Assembly: GCA_945889005.1 (NCBI GenBank)
Contig: CAMDBI010000015.1
Location: 6,961-70,960 of the forward strand
Length of the DNA: 64,000 nucleotides
From: Bacteroides fragilis
GTDB lineage: Bacteria > Bacteroidota > Bacteroidia > Bacteroidales > DTGW01
Direction: 5' to 3'
Shown: piece by piece, positions 29,852-40,145 of the stretch
Position numbering within the stretch: the stretch's first letter is position 1
Layout: every line of letters starts with the position of its first letter
Position numbers and translations under genes: made by a program
Notes under the pieces: generated by a model
Told to the model about the DNA's origin: nothing
What the model saw: only the letters and a program-made list of their open reading frames with translations
Database searches by the model: none

Positions 29852-29983
29852 AACACTAAATACCATGTATGTAATTTTGGTATTTTTTTTTTGAAAAATA
29901 TTTAGCCTTTCTAGTATTTTATTTAAAAATATTTAGTCTATCAAATCAAATTTGATTAATTTAATGTAAAAATATTTTCAATC

Positions 29984-30934
29984 ATGTTTTTCAAGAAAAC
30001 CCCCGAATCTACACGAAAAGAGCTTGTTGCTTGGGCAAAAAAAAATAGAATAGACATCACTTATGTTCCTGAAGAACTCGAAAGTGTCACCAAACTTGAT
30101 TTAAGTTATAAGAAAATGTCTCGATTGCCCAAACAAATCGAGTGTTTGGTAAACCTTCAGGAGTTGAACCTTTCAAACAATATGTTTTCAGATATTCCTT
30201 TTGAAATTAAAAAACTACCTAAACTTCGATCTTTAAATCTGTCTTTCAATAAATTTGCAGAAATACCGGGAGTTGTTTGCCAAATATCCAATTTGGAAGT
30301 TTTGAAAATTGAAGCCAATCAATTAAAAAAAGTTAACACAAATCTAGCCAACCTTAGCAATTTAAAAGAATTGAGTTTATTTGCCAATCAAATAATTGAG
30401 CTTCCAACAGAATTTGGTTCGCTCCAACAACTCATGAGGTTAAATCTTGCTCTAAATCAACTTTCTGCATTGCCCGAAAGTTTTTCGAAACTCCAAAATA
30501 TTGTTGAACTTGAGCTTTGGCTCAATAAATTTGAACTGATACCTGATGTAATATCCCAATTACCAAACTTAAAAGATTTTTACGACTCTGTAGATCCAGA
30601 GAGACTTAACAAAACACTACTTTGGGCGATAGTGGCAGACAATACCCACTTGGCCGAGAAGCTTATTTTTTATGGTGCCGATGTAAACTATATGCAAGAA
30701 GATGAGGACGGTATCAACATAACTACTCCTTTATTTGAAGCTTGTAGTATAGATATGATCGACCTTTTGATTAAGAAAGGTGCCGATCCCGAATTTAAAA
30801 GAGAAATTGTAAAAATTGTTTCTACTAAAAATGGTGAAGAAGTTAGACCTACCGGAAAATTTGAAACTTTTTTAACAGTTAAACACCAAAATGAAATTGT
30901 TAAGTATCTAAAATCTATGAACTTAATAAAATAA
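29984..30934 (+). CDS. Leucine-rich repeat protein with C-terminal ankyrin-like repeats
   Basis: About seven 23-aa LxxLxLxxN repeats, then LIFYGADVN...TPL...LLIKKGADP. Confidence 0.85.
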   Translation: MFFKKTPESTRKELVAWAKKNRIDITYVPEELESVTKLDLSYKKMSRLPKQIECLVNLQELNLSNNMFSDIPFEIKKLPKLRSLNLSFNKFAEIPGVVCQISNLEVLKIEANQLKKVNTNLANLSNLKELSLFANQIIELPTEFGSLQQLMRLNLALNQLSALPESFSKLQNIVELELWLNKFELIPDVISQLPNLKDFYDSVDPERLNKTLLWAIVADNTHLAEKLIFYGADVNYMQEDEDGINITTPLFEACSIDMIDLLIKKGADPEFKREIVKIVSTKNGEEVRPTGKFETFLTVKHQNEIVKYLKSMNLIK

Positions 30935-30957
30935 TTTTTTATTAAGTTCATAGATTT
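30911..30957. terminator. Perfect 21-bp inverted repeat spanning the LRR gene stop
   Basis: AAATCTATGAACTTAATAAAA-taatt-TTTTATTAAGTTCATAGATTT. Confidence 0.7.
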
Positions 30958-31046
30958 CGTAAATATCAACTTCTTATTTTTAACACACCGCGAGTTGCGT
31001 GTAGAAACACTCTACGTTAACAACAAAATATGTTCGCAATTTGCTT

Positions 31047-31739
31047 TTAAACAAAAAATCTTTTTAAAGTAATACTCCCTTTGCTGTCCTTAATTACTTG
31101 TAAAACAAAATCGAATCGTCCAAGATCTGTGCACATAAAAAAATCGCTACTAGGTGAGTGATTTTGGTTTTGTGGCTCAAACAAGCGCTTCCCACTCGTA
31201 TTTTTTATATGTTCAATAGCATCTTCCATATTAAAGAGTTTATTTTCCAAGGCACACTTTATATATTCTGCACAATATGTATCCTCTTCGGTTGGGTACA
31301 TGGTAGCATACCCCATGCAAACCAATGAAACATTTTGTGGTTTTTTCTCTTTTATGTATCGCACTATAGCTGGGGCATTTACAAAACCACCTGTAATAAT
31401 CTCGGTAGCTTTTTGAGCATATACCAGGCCTTGAGTACCGCTACTTGTCCGGTGCACAACTGTTCGACCCGAGAAATCAATCCCCTTTATTAAAGTTGGA
31501 GAATTGCCATAATCGAAACCATCGGGAATAAGCTCATTTACTTCGCCCAATAAGATGTAATCGGGGTTTAGTTGTTTTAATTCGAGTGCTTCTGTAACAC
31601 AACTTACAGGTATAATGCGTTCTACTCCTTGGTTATATAAGTAACAGGCTGTTGAAAATGCCCTAAAAACATCTATTATAACGGTTAGCCCTTCCGCCTC
31701 CTTAGCTCCATTAAGTAATTGAAGTATTTTTATATCCAC
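31047..31739 (-). CDS. comB: 2-phosphosulfolactate phosphatase family protein
   Basis: VIIDVFRAFST, GFDYGNSP, TSSGTQG, EEDTYCA. Confidence 0.88.
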   Translation of the reverse strand: MDIKILQLLNGAKEAEGLTVIIDVFRAFSTACYLYNQGVERIIPVSCVTEALELKQLNPDYILLGEVNELIPDGFDYGNSPTLIKGIDFSGRTVVHRTSSGTQGLVYAQKATEIITGGFVNAPAIVRYIKEKKPQNVSLVCMGYATMYPTEEDTYCAEYIKCALENKLFNMEDAIEHIKNTSGKRLFEPQNQNHSPSSDFFMCTDLGRFDFVLQVIKDSKGSITLKRFFV

Positions 31740-31820
31740 ATGTATTAAGTATTTTTTGTTTAAAAACTTCTTTTCAATTTTAAAAACTCGAAATTAAGTC
31801 GCATTTTTGTATAAAAAAAA

Positions 31821-32573
31821 TTGGCTATGAAATTATACGGATTAGTTGGCTATCCTTTGGGGCATTCATTTTCGGCCGGTTATTTTGCAAAAAAGTTTGA
31901 AAATGAAAAAATTACAAATTGCGAATACCGAAACTTCCCGATAGATTCAATTCAAAAATTCCCTTCTCTTTTTATTGATAATACAGGTATTTCGGGGCTC
32001 AATGTAACAATACCCTACAAAGAACAGGTCATTCCATTTTTAAATGAGATGGATTCTGAAGCTCAGGCTATTGGAGCTGTAAATACGGTGAAAATTATTC
32101 ATACTAACGCAGGAATAAAGCTAAAGGGGTTCAACAGCGATGTATATGGATTTGAAAAATCGCTACAACCCATGTTAAAAGACTATCATAAAAAAGCGTT
32201 GATTTTGGGTACCGGAGGAGCATCGAAAGCCATCAAATATATTTTACGAAAAAACAATATCGAATATATTTCTGCATCGATCGAAGATCTCAAAGAAAAA
32301 GAAATAAAATATTCTGACATTAATCAAACCACCATTGAAGATCACCTTCTTATTATCAATGCAACACCACTAGGCACCTATCCCAATGTCGACAATTGCC
32401 CTTCAATTCCTTATGAATTCATTAGTTCGAAGCATATATTATTTGATTTGGTTTACAATCCGGAGCAAACCTTATTTCTAAAAAAAGGAAAAGAAAAAGG
32501 AGCTGCAACCAAAAATGGTTTAGAAATGTTGCATTTGCAGGCCGAAAGAGCTTGGGCTATCTGGAATGAATAA
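31821..32573 (+). CDS. aroE: Shikimate dehydrogenase
   Basis: GYPLGHSFS, NVTIPYK, GAVNT, GTGGA, DLVYNP. Confidence 0.95.
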   Translation: MAMKLYGLVGYPLGHSFSAGYFAKKFENEKITNCEYRNFPIDSIQKFPSLFIDNTGISGLNVTIPYKEQVIPFLNEMDSEAQAIGAVNTVKIIHTNAGIKLKGFNSDVYGFEKSLQPMLKDYHKKALILGTGGASKAIKYILRKNNIEYISASIEDLKEKEIKYSDINQTTIEDHLLIINATPLGTYPNVDNCPSIPYEFISSKHILFDLVYNPEQTLFLKKGKEKGAATKNGLEMLHLQAERAWAIWNE

Positions 32574-32581
32574 ACTCGAAA

Positions 32582-34447
32582 TTAGACTTTCGGTTTCTTA
32601 GCTTCTTTGGATTTGGGTTTTTCAGGTTTTTCCATTTTTTTTTCGTCGACCGAAGCTTCTTGCTCAATTTGAATTATTTTATGGTTCTCGCGCTTAACTT
32701 CAACAACTAACTGCGAAAGCATTTCTTTCATTTCAGACAAGAAAATCTTTGGGTCGTAAGTGCCTTTTTCGATTTGGCGAAGTTTTTTTTCCCACATGCC
32801 TGTCAACTCGGCCGATTTGAGCAATTCGTTCTGAATGGTATTGATCAATTGAATACCTGTTTGCGTGGGAACCAGATTTTTCTTGTCGCGGGTTACAAAT
32901 CGGCGTTTGAACAAGGTTTCTATAATGTTGGCACGAGTAGAAGGTCGTCCAATTCCGTTTTCCTTCATTAGTTCACGCAACTCTTCGTCTTCGACCTGCT
33001 TACCTGCGGTTTCCATGGCTCTAAGCAATGTCGCTTCGGTAAGCATTTTGGGAGGTTGTGTTTGCCTTTCGAGCAAATCGGGCGTATGTTCGCCGCTTTC
33101 GCCTTTCTCGAAATGAGGCATTATTTGATCTTCCGAAGCATCGGTATCTTTTTCATCATCTTTCTTGGGATACAACACTCGCCAACCATCTTCGAGTATC
33201 ACTTTACCGGTTGCTTTGAACTCGTGTGTGCATACTTTTCCAATAACAGTGGTATTCGAAACAATACAATCGGAATAAAACACCGATATAAAGCGGCGGG
33301 CTATGAGGTCGTATACCCGTTTTTCTTCCAATATCAAGCCAGAAGGCTTGATACCAGTTGGAACAATGGCATGGTGATCGGTAATCTTTGTGTCGTCAAA
33401 TACTTTTTTGCTTTTCTTGATGGGCTTCCCGAGCAAAGGAGCCGTAAAATTGGCGTATGGCTCCATGTTTTTGAGAATACCTTCTATTTTGGAGTACATA
33501 TCGGTAGGCAGAAAAGTAGTATCGACACGAGGGTAAGTAACCATTTTTTTCTCGTACAGACTTTGTATATATTTCAATGTTTCGTCGGCTGTGAAACTAA
33601 ATTTTTTGTTACACTCAACTTGCAATGCAGTTAAATCGAACAATTTTGGAGGCGCTTCGTTGCCTTTCTTCTGTTCGAACGATACTATCTCGAACAAATT
33701 AGTTTTTATTTCCTCAACAATACGCGATGCATCTTCGACAGTATCGAAGCGTCCGTTGGTCGAATTGAAAATTACACCCCGATAATTTGTTTTAATTTCC
33801 CAAAATGTTTTCGATACAAAATTCTGAATCTCTTCAAACCTGCGAACAATCAATGCCAAGGTGGGTGTTTGTACCCTACCAATAGACAAAACTCCTTTTC
33901 CATCGGCATACTTCAAAGTATACAAACGGCTTGCATTCATGCCCAACAACCAATCGCCAATAGCACGAGCATTTCCGGCAGCATACAAGCAATCGAAATC
34001 CTTACCATCTTTTAGTTTTTTGAAACCTTCTTCAATGGCTTCATCGGTCATCGACGATATCCACAATCGTTTCAAGGGTTTGGAACATTCAGCCTTTGTA
34101 AGAACCCAACGTTGAATAAGCTCTCCTTCAATACCAGCATCGCCGCAGTTTATAACCTCATCGCAAGCGTCAAAAAGTTTTTTTATAATATCGAACTGCT
34201 TCTTAACCCCATCGTTATCTATAAGTTTAATTCCAAATCGGGGCGGAATCATAGGCAACGACTGCATTCGCCATGCTTTCCAATCGGAGGTGTAATCGTC
34301 GGGATTTTTGAGTGTGCACAAATGACCAAAAGTCCACGTTACCTGATACCCATTTCCTTCGAAATAGCCATCTTTACGGATTCCGGCTTTCAATATGCGG
34401 GCAATTTCCTTGGCAACACTTGGTTTTTCGGCAATACAGACTTTCAC
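32582..34447 (-). CDS. topB: DNA topoisomerase III
   Basis: IAEKPSVA, DAGIEGE, GRVQTPT, TYPRVD, GRPSTR; GTG start at 34447 likely. Confidence 0.93.
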   Translation of the reverse strand: MKVCIAEKPSVAKEIARILKAGIRKDGYFEGNGYQVTWTFGHLCTLKNPDDYTSDWKAWRMQSLPMIPPRFGIKLIDNDGVKKQFDIIKKLFDACDEVINCGDAGIEGELIQRWVLTKAECSKPLKRLWISSMTDEAIEEGFKKLKDGKDFDCLYAAGNARAIGDWLLGMNASRLYTLKYADGKGVLSIGRVQTPTLALIVRRFEEIQNFVSKTFWEIKTNYRGVIFNSTNGRFDTVEDASRIVEEIKTNLFEIVSFEQKKGNEAPPKLFDLTALQVECNKKFSFTADETLKYIQSLYEKKMVTYPRVDTTFLPTDMYSKIEGILKNMEPYANFTAPLLGKPIKKSKKVFDDTKITDHHAIVPTGIKPSGLILEEKRVYDLIARRFISVFYSDCIVSNTTVIGKVCTHEFKATGKVILEDGWRVLYPKKDDEKDTDASEDQIMPHFEKGESGEHTPDLLERQTQPPKMLTEATLLRAMETAGKQVEDEELRELMKENGIGRPSTRANIIETLFKRRFVTRDKKNLVPTQTGIQLINTIQNELLKSAELTGMWEKKLRQIEKGTYDPKIFLSEMKEMLSQLVVEVKRENHKIIQIEQEASVDEKKMEKPEKPKSKEAKKPKV

Positions 34448-34655
34448 GTTTTTCGATTCATTATAAAAGTTCAAAAGTAGCAATATCGTAGACTATTCGA
34501 CTGAAAAGCAAAAACAGATATCAAAGAGTTTTTAACAATTACCTCCATTAATTACCGGTAATTCACAACATGTCGTTTTTTTGTTAATATTTCCTTCAAC
34601 GATCTTTCATGAGTTTCGAAATTTTCCATTAGGTTTGCAACAATTTAAAATTTGT

Positions 34656-35768
34656 ATGGAAAATTTTATAGTATCGGCTCGTAAATATCGCCCTGCAACG
34701 TTCGACACAGTTGTAGGACAAGGATCAATTACGACCACGCTAAAAAATGCTATACGCAACAACCATTTGGCACAAGCATACTTGTTCTGTGGTCCTCGTG
34801 GAGTAGGAAAAACAACCTGTGCTCGTATTTTTGCCCGAACCATCAACTGTTTTAATCTTACCCCCGAACTTGAAGCCTGTGGACAATGCGAATCGTGCCT
34901 TTCATTTAGCCAATCGCGTTCGTACAATATACACGAGCTCGATGCTGCTTCGAACAACTCTGTAGAAGACATACGAACCCTTATAGATCAGGTTCGAATA
35001 CCGCCACAAGTAGGAAAATACAGTATATATATTATCGACGAGGTTCACATGTTGTCGAATCAGGCATTCAACGCCTTTCTCAAAACATTGGAAGAGCCTC
35101 CTCGCCATGCAGTGTTCATTTTAGCGACTACCGAAAAACACAAAATAATACCCACGATACTTTCGCGTTGTCAGATATTTGATTTTAACCGTATACAGAT
35201 AGAAGATACCGTAAAACATCTAGAAGGTATTGCAAAAAAAGAAGGTGTAGCATTCGAAAACGATGCATTGACCATTATTGCCCAAAAATCGGATGGTGGT
35301 ATGCGCGATGCATTATCAATTTTCGACCAAATAGTAAGTTACTCGGGAAACAATATTACATACAAAGGCGTAATCGAAAACCTCAACATACTCGATTACG
35401 ATTACTTTTTCAAACTAACCGATGCTTTTTTGAAAGGAAATATTTCGGAATCGTTTCTTTTGTTTAATGAGATACTTACCGATGGTTTCGATGCGCATAA
35501 TTTCATCAATGGTCTCAGCAAACACTTACGCGATATACTAGTTTGTAAAGAACAAGTTACACTGCAATTGCTCGAAGTGGGTCAGAATATTAAAGAACGC
35601 TACAAACAGCAATCGGCTAGTTGTCCGGCCGATTTTTTATTCGATGCCCTTGTTATTTGCAACCAATGCGATATTAATTTCAGACAAAGCAAGAGCCAAC
35701 GCCTACATGTAGAACTCGCACTTGTTCAGCTTTGTAATATTCAGGCATTAAAAAAAAAAATGAGCTAG
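34656..35768 (+). CDS. dnaX: DNA polymerase III gamma/tau, N-terminal (gamma-like) frame
   Basis: ARKYRP, GPRGVGKT, DAAS, IDEVHML, SRC; ends just after an A11 run. Confidence 0.96.
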   Translation: MENFIVSARKYRPATFDTVVGQGSITTTLKNAIRNNHLAQAYLFCGPRGVGKTTCARIFARTINCFNLTPELEACGQCESCLSFSQSRSYNIHELDAASNNSVEDIRTLIDQVRIPPQVGKYSIYIIDEVHMLSNQAFNAFLKTLEEPPRHAVFILATTEKHKIIPTILSRCQIFDFNRIQIEDTVKHLEGIAKKEGVAFENDALTIIAQKSDGGMRDALSIFDQIVSYSGNNITYKGVIENLNILDYDYFFKLTDAFLKGNISESFLLFNEILTDGFDAHNFINGLSKHLRDILVCKEQVTLQLLEVGQNIKERYKQQSASCPADFLFDALVICNQCDINFRQSKSQRLHVELALVQLCNIQALKKKMS

Positions 35769-36364
35769 CAGCCAAATCTGTTGCAGAAAAAGGCATACCC
35801 TACCCCGAAAATTCAACCACTCCATCAAGCTCAGTATCGGGTCGTCCAATAACATCGACCACTACAGAAATAAAAAAGGTGGTAATGCCATCGTATTCTG
35901 TTAAAACTGCATTGGGATTGGCAACTTCAACACAAGAAAAAAAAGAAGATAAACCCTTACAAATCTCAAGTCAGGAAATTGAGAAACCCTCTGTAAATAA
36001 TGCATTCACAATTGATCACTTAAAAAGGGCATATTTACAGTTTGTTGAAACCATAAAAGATGATAAACCTAGAATGTACAACACACTTGTACAGATAACA
36101 CCTTCAATAAGTAATAACGATCAGATTTCACTTCTTTTTATCAACGAAAACCAACGCGACGACTTCGAAAGAACTGTTAAGAGCGATTTTGTATTGTTTC
36201 TCAGAAAAGAACTGAAAAATGGAAATGTAAATTTCGAGGCTCAGGTGACCGAACACGAAGTAAATAATTCGCCCTATACGGCCGAGGAAAAATACAAATA
36301 TTTTGTTCAGAAAAATCCGAATGTTGCAAAGTTTAGACAACAATTCAATCTAGATTTTGATTAA
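35750..36364 (+). CDS. dnaX: DnaX tau C-terminal extension in the -1 frame
   Basis: Frame is open from the A11 run (35750-35760) through the 35879 ORF to the stop; ends PYTAEEKYKYFVQKNPNVAKFRQQFNLDFD. Confidence 0.8.
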   Translation, partial: KKKNELAAKSVAEKGIPYPENSTTPSSSVSGRPITSTTTEIKKVVMPSYSVKTALGLATSTQEKKEDKPLQISSQEIEKPSVNNAFTIDHLKRAYLQFVETIKDDKPRMYNTLVQITPSISNNDQISLLFINENQRDDFERTVKSDFVLFLRKELKNGNVNFEAQVTEHEVNNSPYTAEEKYKYFVQKNPNVAKFRQQFNLDFD

Positions 36365-36472
36365 AAACTCTAAGTTTCTGGCAAATAAAAGCCCCAAAAC
36401 CGAAACGTTGAAAATTGAACTTTTTTGTTATCTTTACTGTTAAGACGTTTTTTAAACCATAAAATCACAGCT

Positions 36473-37699
36473 ATGTCAGGACAAGCAATAACCATTTCAA
36501 ACGGCGTACTTAATGTACCAACAAACCCTATTATACCATTTATAGAAGGAGACGGAACAGGTCCAGATATTTGGGCTTCGTCGGTTCGAGTATTTGATGC
36601 TGCCGTAGAAAAAGCCTATCAAGGCAAACGAAAAATTGAATGGAAAGAAGTGTTAGCAGGTGAAAAATCGTTCAAAATCAATGGAGAATGGCTTCCACAA
36701 GAAACCATAGATATTATTAATAAATACTTAGTAGCCATCAAAGGTCCACTCACAACACCGGTTGGAGGAGGCATACGATCGCTCAATGTTGCCTTACGTC
36801 AAATACTCGATTTGTATGTTTGCTTACGACCGGTTCAGTACTACAATGGCGTTCCCTCGCCAGTAAAAGAGCCACACAAAACTGATATGGTTATCTTTCG
36901 CGAAAATACCGAGGACATCTATGCCGGAATCGAATGGATGGCTGGTACCGATGAAAACAAAAAAATTATCAACTTCCTGATAAAAGAAATGGGCGTTAAT
37001 AAAATTCGTTTCCCCGAATCGTCATCCATCGGAATAAAACCAGTGTCGAAAGAAGGTACCGAAAGGCTTGTTAGAGCTGCTATAAAATACGCAATAGACC
37101 ACAACAAGCCCTCTGTAACTATTGTTCACAAAGGGAATATAATGAAATATACCGAAGGAGGCTTTCGCGACTGGGCTTATGCGCTTGCCAAAAGCGAATT
37201 TGGTGCAGTTGAAATCGACAATGGTCCTTGGTGCAAATTCCCAAACCCCCAAACCGGAAAAGAAATTATTATAAAAGATTCGATTGCCGACGCATTTCTT
37301 CAACAAATACTTCTTCGTCCTGCCGAATACTCTGTTGTTGCAACCTTGAACCTCAATGGCGACTATATTTCAGATGCTTTGGCAGCTATTGTCGGAGGAA
37401 TTGGAATAGCCCCCGGAGCAAATATCAACTATATTACCGGACACGCTATTTTTGAGGCAACGCATGGAACAGCTCCCAAATATGCTGGCAAAGACCAAGT
37501 AAACCCAGGTTCGGTTATCCTTTCGGGAGTAATGATGCTCGAATACATGGGCTGGCACGAAGCTGCCAAACTTATTGTAAAAGGTATAGAAGGTTCAATA
37601 TCAAAAAAACGAGTTACTTACGATTTCGAAAGACTTATGGAAGGTGCTACATTGCTCAAATGCTCCGAATTTGGAACAGAAATAATTAGTAATATGTAG
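36473..37699 (+). CDS. icd: NADP-dependent isocitrate dehydrogenase
   Basis: [40 protein letters not shown]. Confidence 0.97.
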   Translation: MSGQAITISNGVLNVPTNPIIPFIEGDGTGPDIWASSVRVFDAAVEKAYQGKRKIEWKEVLAGEKSFKINGEWLPQETIDIINKYLVAIKGPLTTPVGGGIRSLNVALRQILDLYVCLRPVQYYNGVPSPVKEPHKTDMVIFRENTEDIYAGIEWMAGTDENKKIINFLIKEMGVNKIRFPESSSIGIKPVSKEGTERLVRAAIKYAIDHNKPSVTIVHKGNIMKYTEGGFRDWAYALAKSEFGAVEIDNGPWCKFPNPQTGKEIIIKDSIADAFLQQILLRPAEYSVVATLNLNGDYISDALAAIVGGIGIAPGANINYITGHAIFEATHGTAPKYAGKDQVNPGSVILSGVMMLEYMGWHEAAKLIVKGIEGSISKKRVTYDFERLMEGATLLKCSEFGTEIISNM

Positions 37700-37707
37700 T
37701 TGTAATT

Positions 37708-38382
37708 ATGTACGAGCAAGAGATTTGCAACTATTTTGAAAATTTTCTGACCAACAATAGAATAGAAACTTTAAATCGAGTGCTTCAAAACCGTACTCGT
37801 TATATTACTGTTGTATTGGAAGATATTTACCAATCGCAAAATGCAAGTGCCGTTATAAGAACCTGCGATTGTATGGGTATTCAAAATATTCATATCGTTG
37901 AAAAAATCAATCGATTTTGTATCAATGCCGATGTGCTCAGAGGTGCCAACAACTGGGTCGATATCGAAAAATACAAACAAACCGAAACAACAATAAAAAA
38001 ACTGAAGAATGAAGGTTACCGTATTGTAGCAACTTCGCCACATGGAGGAAGCAAAACACCCGAAAATATCGATCTGAATTCAGGAAAAATTGCATTGTTT
38101 TTTGGAACCGAACTAACAGGAATTTCAGATGCTGTAAAATCTGAAGCCGACGAATTTATTAGCATTCCCATGGTTGGATTTACCGAAAGCTTAAACATTT
38201 CGGTTAGTGCAGCCATTTTTTTATATACATTAACCACGAGACTGAGGCAAACGAATATCGACTGGCAATTGTCAGAAAAAGAATTCATTGAAGTGAAAAC
38301 AAAATGGCTTCGAAATACTATTAAAAAAAGCGAACTGATTGAAGAACGATATAAATTAGAAAATAATTTATTGACATATTGA
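37708..38382 (+). CDS. TrmH/SpoU-family RNA methyltransferase
   Basis: NASAVIRT, FGTELTG, IPMVGFTESLNISV. Confidence 0.92.
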   Translation: MYEQEICNYFENFLTNNRIETLNRVLQNRTRYITVVLEDIYQSQNASAVIRTCDCMGIQNIHIVEKINRFCINADVLRGANNWVDIEKYKQTETTIKKLKNEGYRIVATSPHGGSKTPENIDLNSGKIALFFGTELTGISDAVKSEADEFISIPMVGFTESLNISVSAAIFLYTLTTRLRQTNIDWQLSEKEFIEVKTKWLRNTIKKSELIEERYKLENNLLTY

Positions 38383-38511
38383 ATGTAAGCTATTTGTTTT
38401 TATAAAAAAAACCATTAGGTTTGTCTTAAGAAACTTTTAAATAAATATAAAAAAACTAAAAATTTTATTTATATTTGATAAAGAGGCAAAAAAACCTATA
38501 ACATTTACTCA

Positions 38512-39210
38512 ATGAATTGCATTATAATCGATGATGACAAACTTTCATTAAAGCTTATTGAGGAGTTTGTAAATAAAACAGAAAGTCTTAATCTTATTGG
38601 CACCTTCGACAAGGCTTTAAGTGCGATTAATGCTATTAAACAAAACGACAATATAGATCTTATCTTTCTCGATATCGAAATGCCCGAAATGACCGGTATC
38701 GATTTCATGGAAGCATTGCAAAATCCACCACAAATTATCGTTTGCTCTTCGAAAGATAAATATGCACTCAATGCATTCGATTACGATGTAACCGACTTCC
38801 TTCTGAAACCACCTACATATACTCGTTTCTTCAAAGCAATTGAAAAAGCTCAAAAGAAATTTCAAAAGGGAGCCCTAGGAAAAGACGAAATTTTTATAAA
38901 GAAAAACTCATCGCTGGTTCGTTTAAGATACGAAGAAATATTATTTGTCGAAGCGCTCGAAAACTATGTCATATTCAATACATTCAATGAGAAGTTTACC
39001 ATTCATTTTACCATGAAATCGGTCGAACAAAAACTTCCTACACAACGATTCTCGAGAGTACACCGTTCGTTTATCGTTAACACCAGCGCCATTAAAGAGA
39101 TTGAAGACAATGCTATACTTATAAAAACTACAGAAGGTATAAAGTCGATTCCTATTGGCAAATCGTACCGCGACAAACTCATGGACGATATAAATCTTAT
39201 TGTAAAATAA
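38512..39210 (+). CDS. LytTR-family response regulator
   Basis: Receiver (IIDDD, FLDIEMP, LLKP) plus FSRVHRSFIVN. Confidence 0.93.
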   Translation: MNCIIIDDDKLSLKLIEEFVNKTESLNLIGTFDKALSAINAIKQNDNIDLIFLDIEMPEMTGIDFMEALQNPPQIIVCSSKDKYALNAFDYDVTDFLLKPPTYTRFFKAIEKAQKKFQKGALGKDEIFIKKNSSLVRLRYEEILFVEALENYVIFNTFNEKFTIHFTMKSVEQKLPTQRFSRVHRSFIVNTSAIKEIEDNAILIKTTEGIKSIPIGKSYRDKLMDDINLIVK

Positions 39211-39257
39211 ACAGCTTCATTTTTTCTTTATATTTTTGCTTTCATTTTAATAAAAAC

Positions 39258-40142
39258 ATGAAACGAATCTTTATTTCCATTTTTATTCTTAGTTCACTTA
39301 TTAATTGTTCATTTTCTCAAACCCAAAACCTTTCAATAGAAAATGAATTAAATGCCTTATCGGATAGTATTTATAAACTCAAAATGGGTCCCGATTCTTT
39401 AAAAAAACAAATTTCCGATACCATTTATACCAAATTCTCTGAATTTTTGACAGATAGCAGTTCTTTCTATTTAAAATTTGCCAATTTTAAGCATATTGGC
39501 ATTACAAGCGCCCCCGATAATGCATTTCGACTAATACAATGGAATTATATTGAAAAAGATGGCACCGGGAAACATTTTGGAATTATTCAATTCAGACCTG
39601 GCAACAATGGGAAATGCTTGGTGGTTAAACTTTCTGAAACCCAACATGAGATTAACCGCGACGAACTTATATTGAAAAGAATGTCGCCACAACAATGGTA
39701 TGGAGCATTGTATTACAAAATAATACCTATAAAAAACAATAAAACAACCATATACACATTACTTGGCACTCGCTACAACAGTATATTTACCACATCAAAA
39801 GTAATTGAAACACTACAAATTAGAGACGATGGGAAAATTATTTTTGGTTACCCAATTTTAAATGTTGCAACCAAAAAAAATGTTAGAATGATTTTCGAAT
39901 ACTCTAATAAAGCATCGATGGGTTTAAAATATTACGACAGCCAAAAAGCAATAGTATTTGATCATTTGGCACCCGACCAACCTTTACATACCAATATTTA
40001 CAAGTATTACGGTCCCGATTTTACTTACGATGCATTTAAAATGGAGAATAACAGTTGGGTTTTCTATTCGAACTACGATTTCAGACAACCCATAGAAGAA
40101 ATCAGAAAAGGCCCAAAACCGAAAATAATCCGAAGCAAGTGA
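39258..40142 (+). CDS. Exported hypothetical protein
   Basis: Signal peptide; WYGALYY, IVFDHL and YGPDFTYD motifs. Confidence 0.7.
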   Translation: MKRIFISIFILSSLINCSFSQTQNLSIENELNALSDSIYKLKMGPDSLKKQISDTIYTKFSEFLTDSSSFYLKFANFKHIGITSAPDNAFRLIQWNYIEKDGTGKHFGIIQFRPGNNGKCLVVKLSETQHEINRDELILKRMSPQQWYGALYYKIIPIKNNKTTIYTLLGTRYNSIFTTSKVIETLQIRDDGKIIFGYPILNVATKKNVRMIFEYSNKASMGLKYYDSQKAIVFDHLAPDQPLHTNIYKYYGPDFTYDAFKMENNSWVFYSNYDFRQPIEEIRKGPKPKIIRSK

Positions 40143-40145
40143 GTT

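Noticed and set aside
33056-33634. 192-aa plus-strand ORF (likewise 15042-15626 and 44517-44984)
   Set aside because: Antisense to well-supported genes with no domain signal
35879-36364. Independent 161-aa gene after dnaX
   Set aside because: Frame is open back to the A11 run and resembles a tau C-terminus; better explained as part of dnaX
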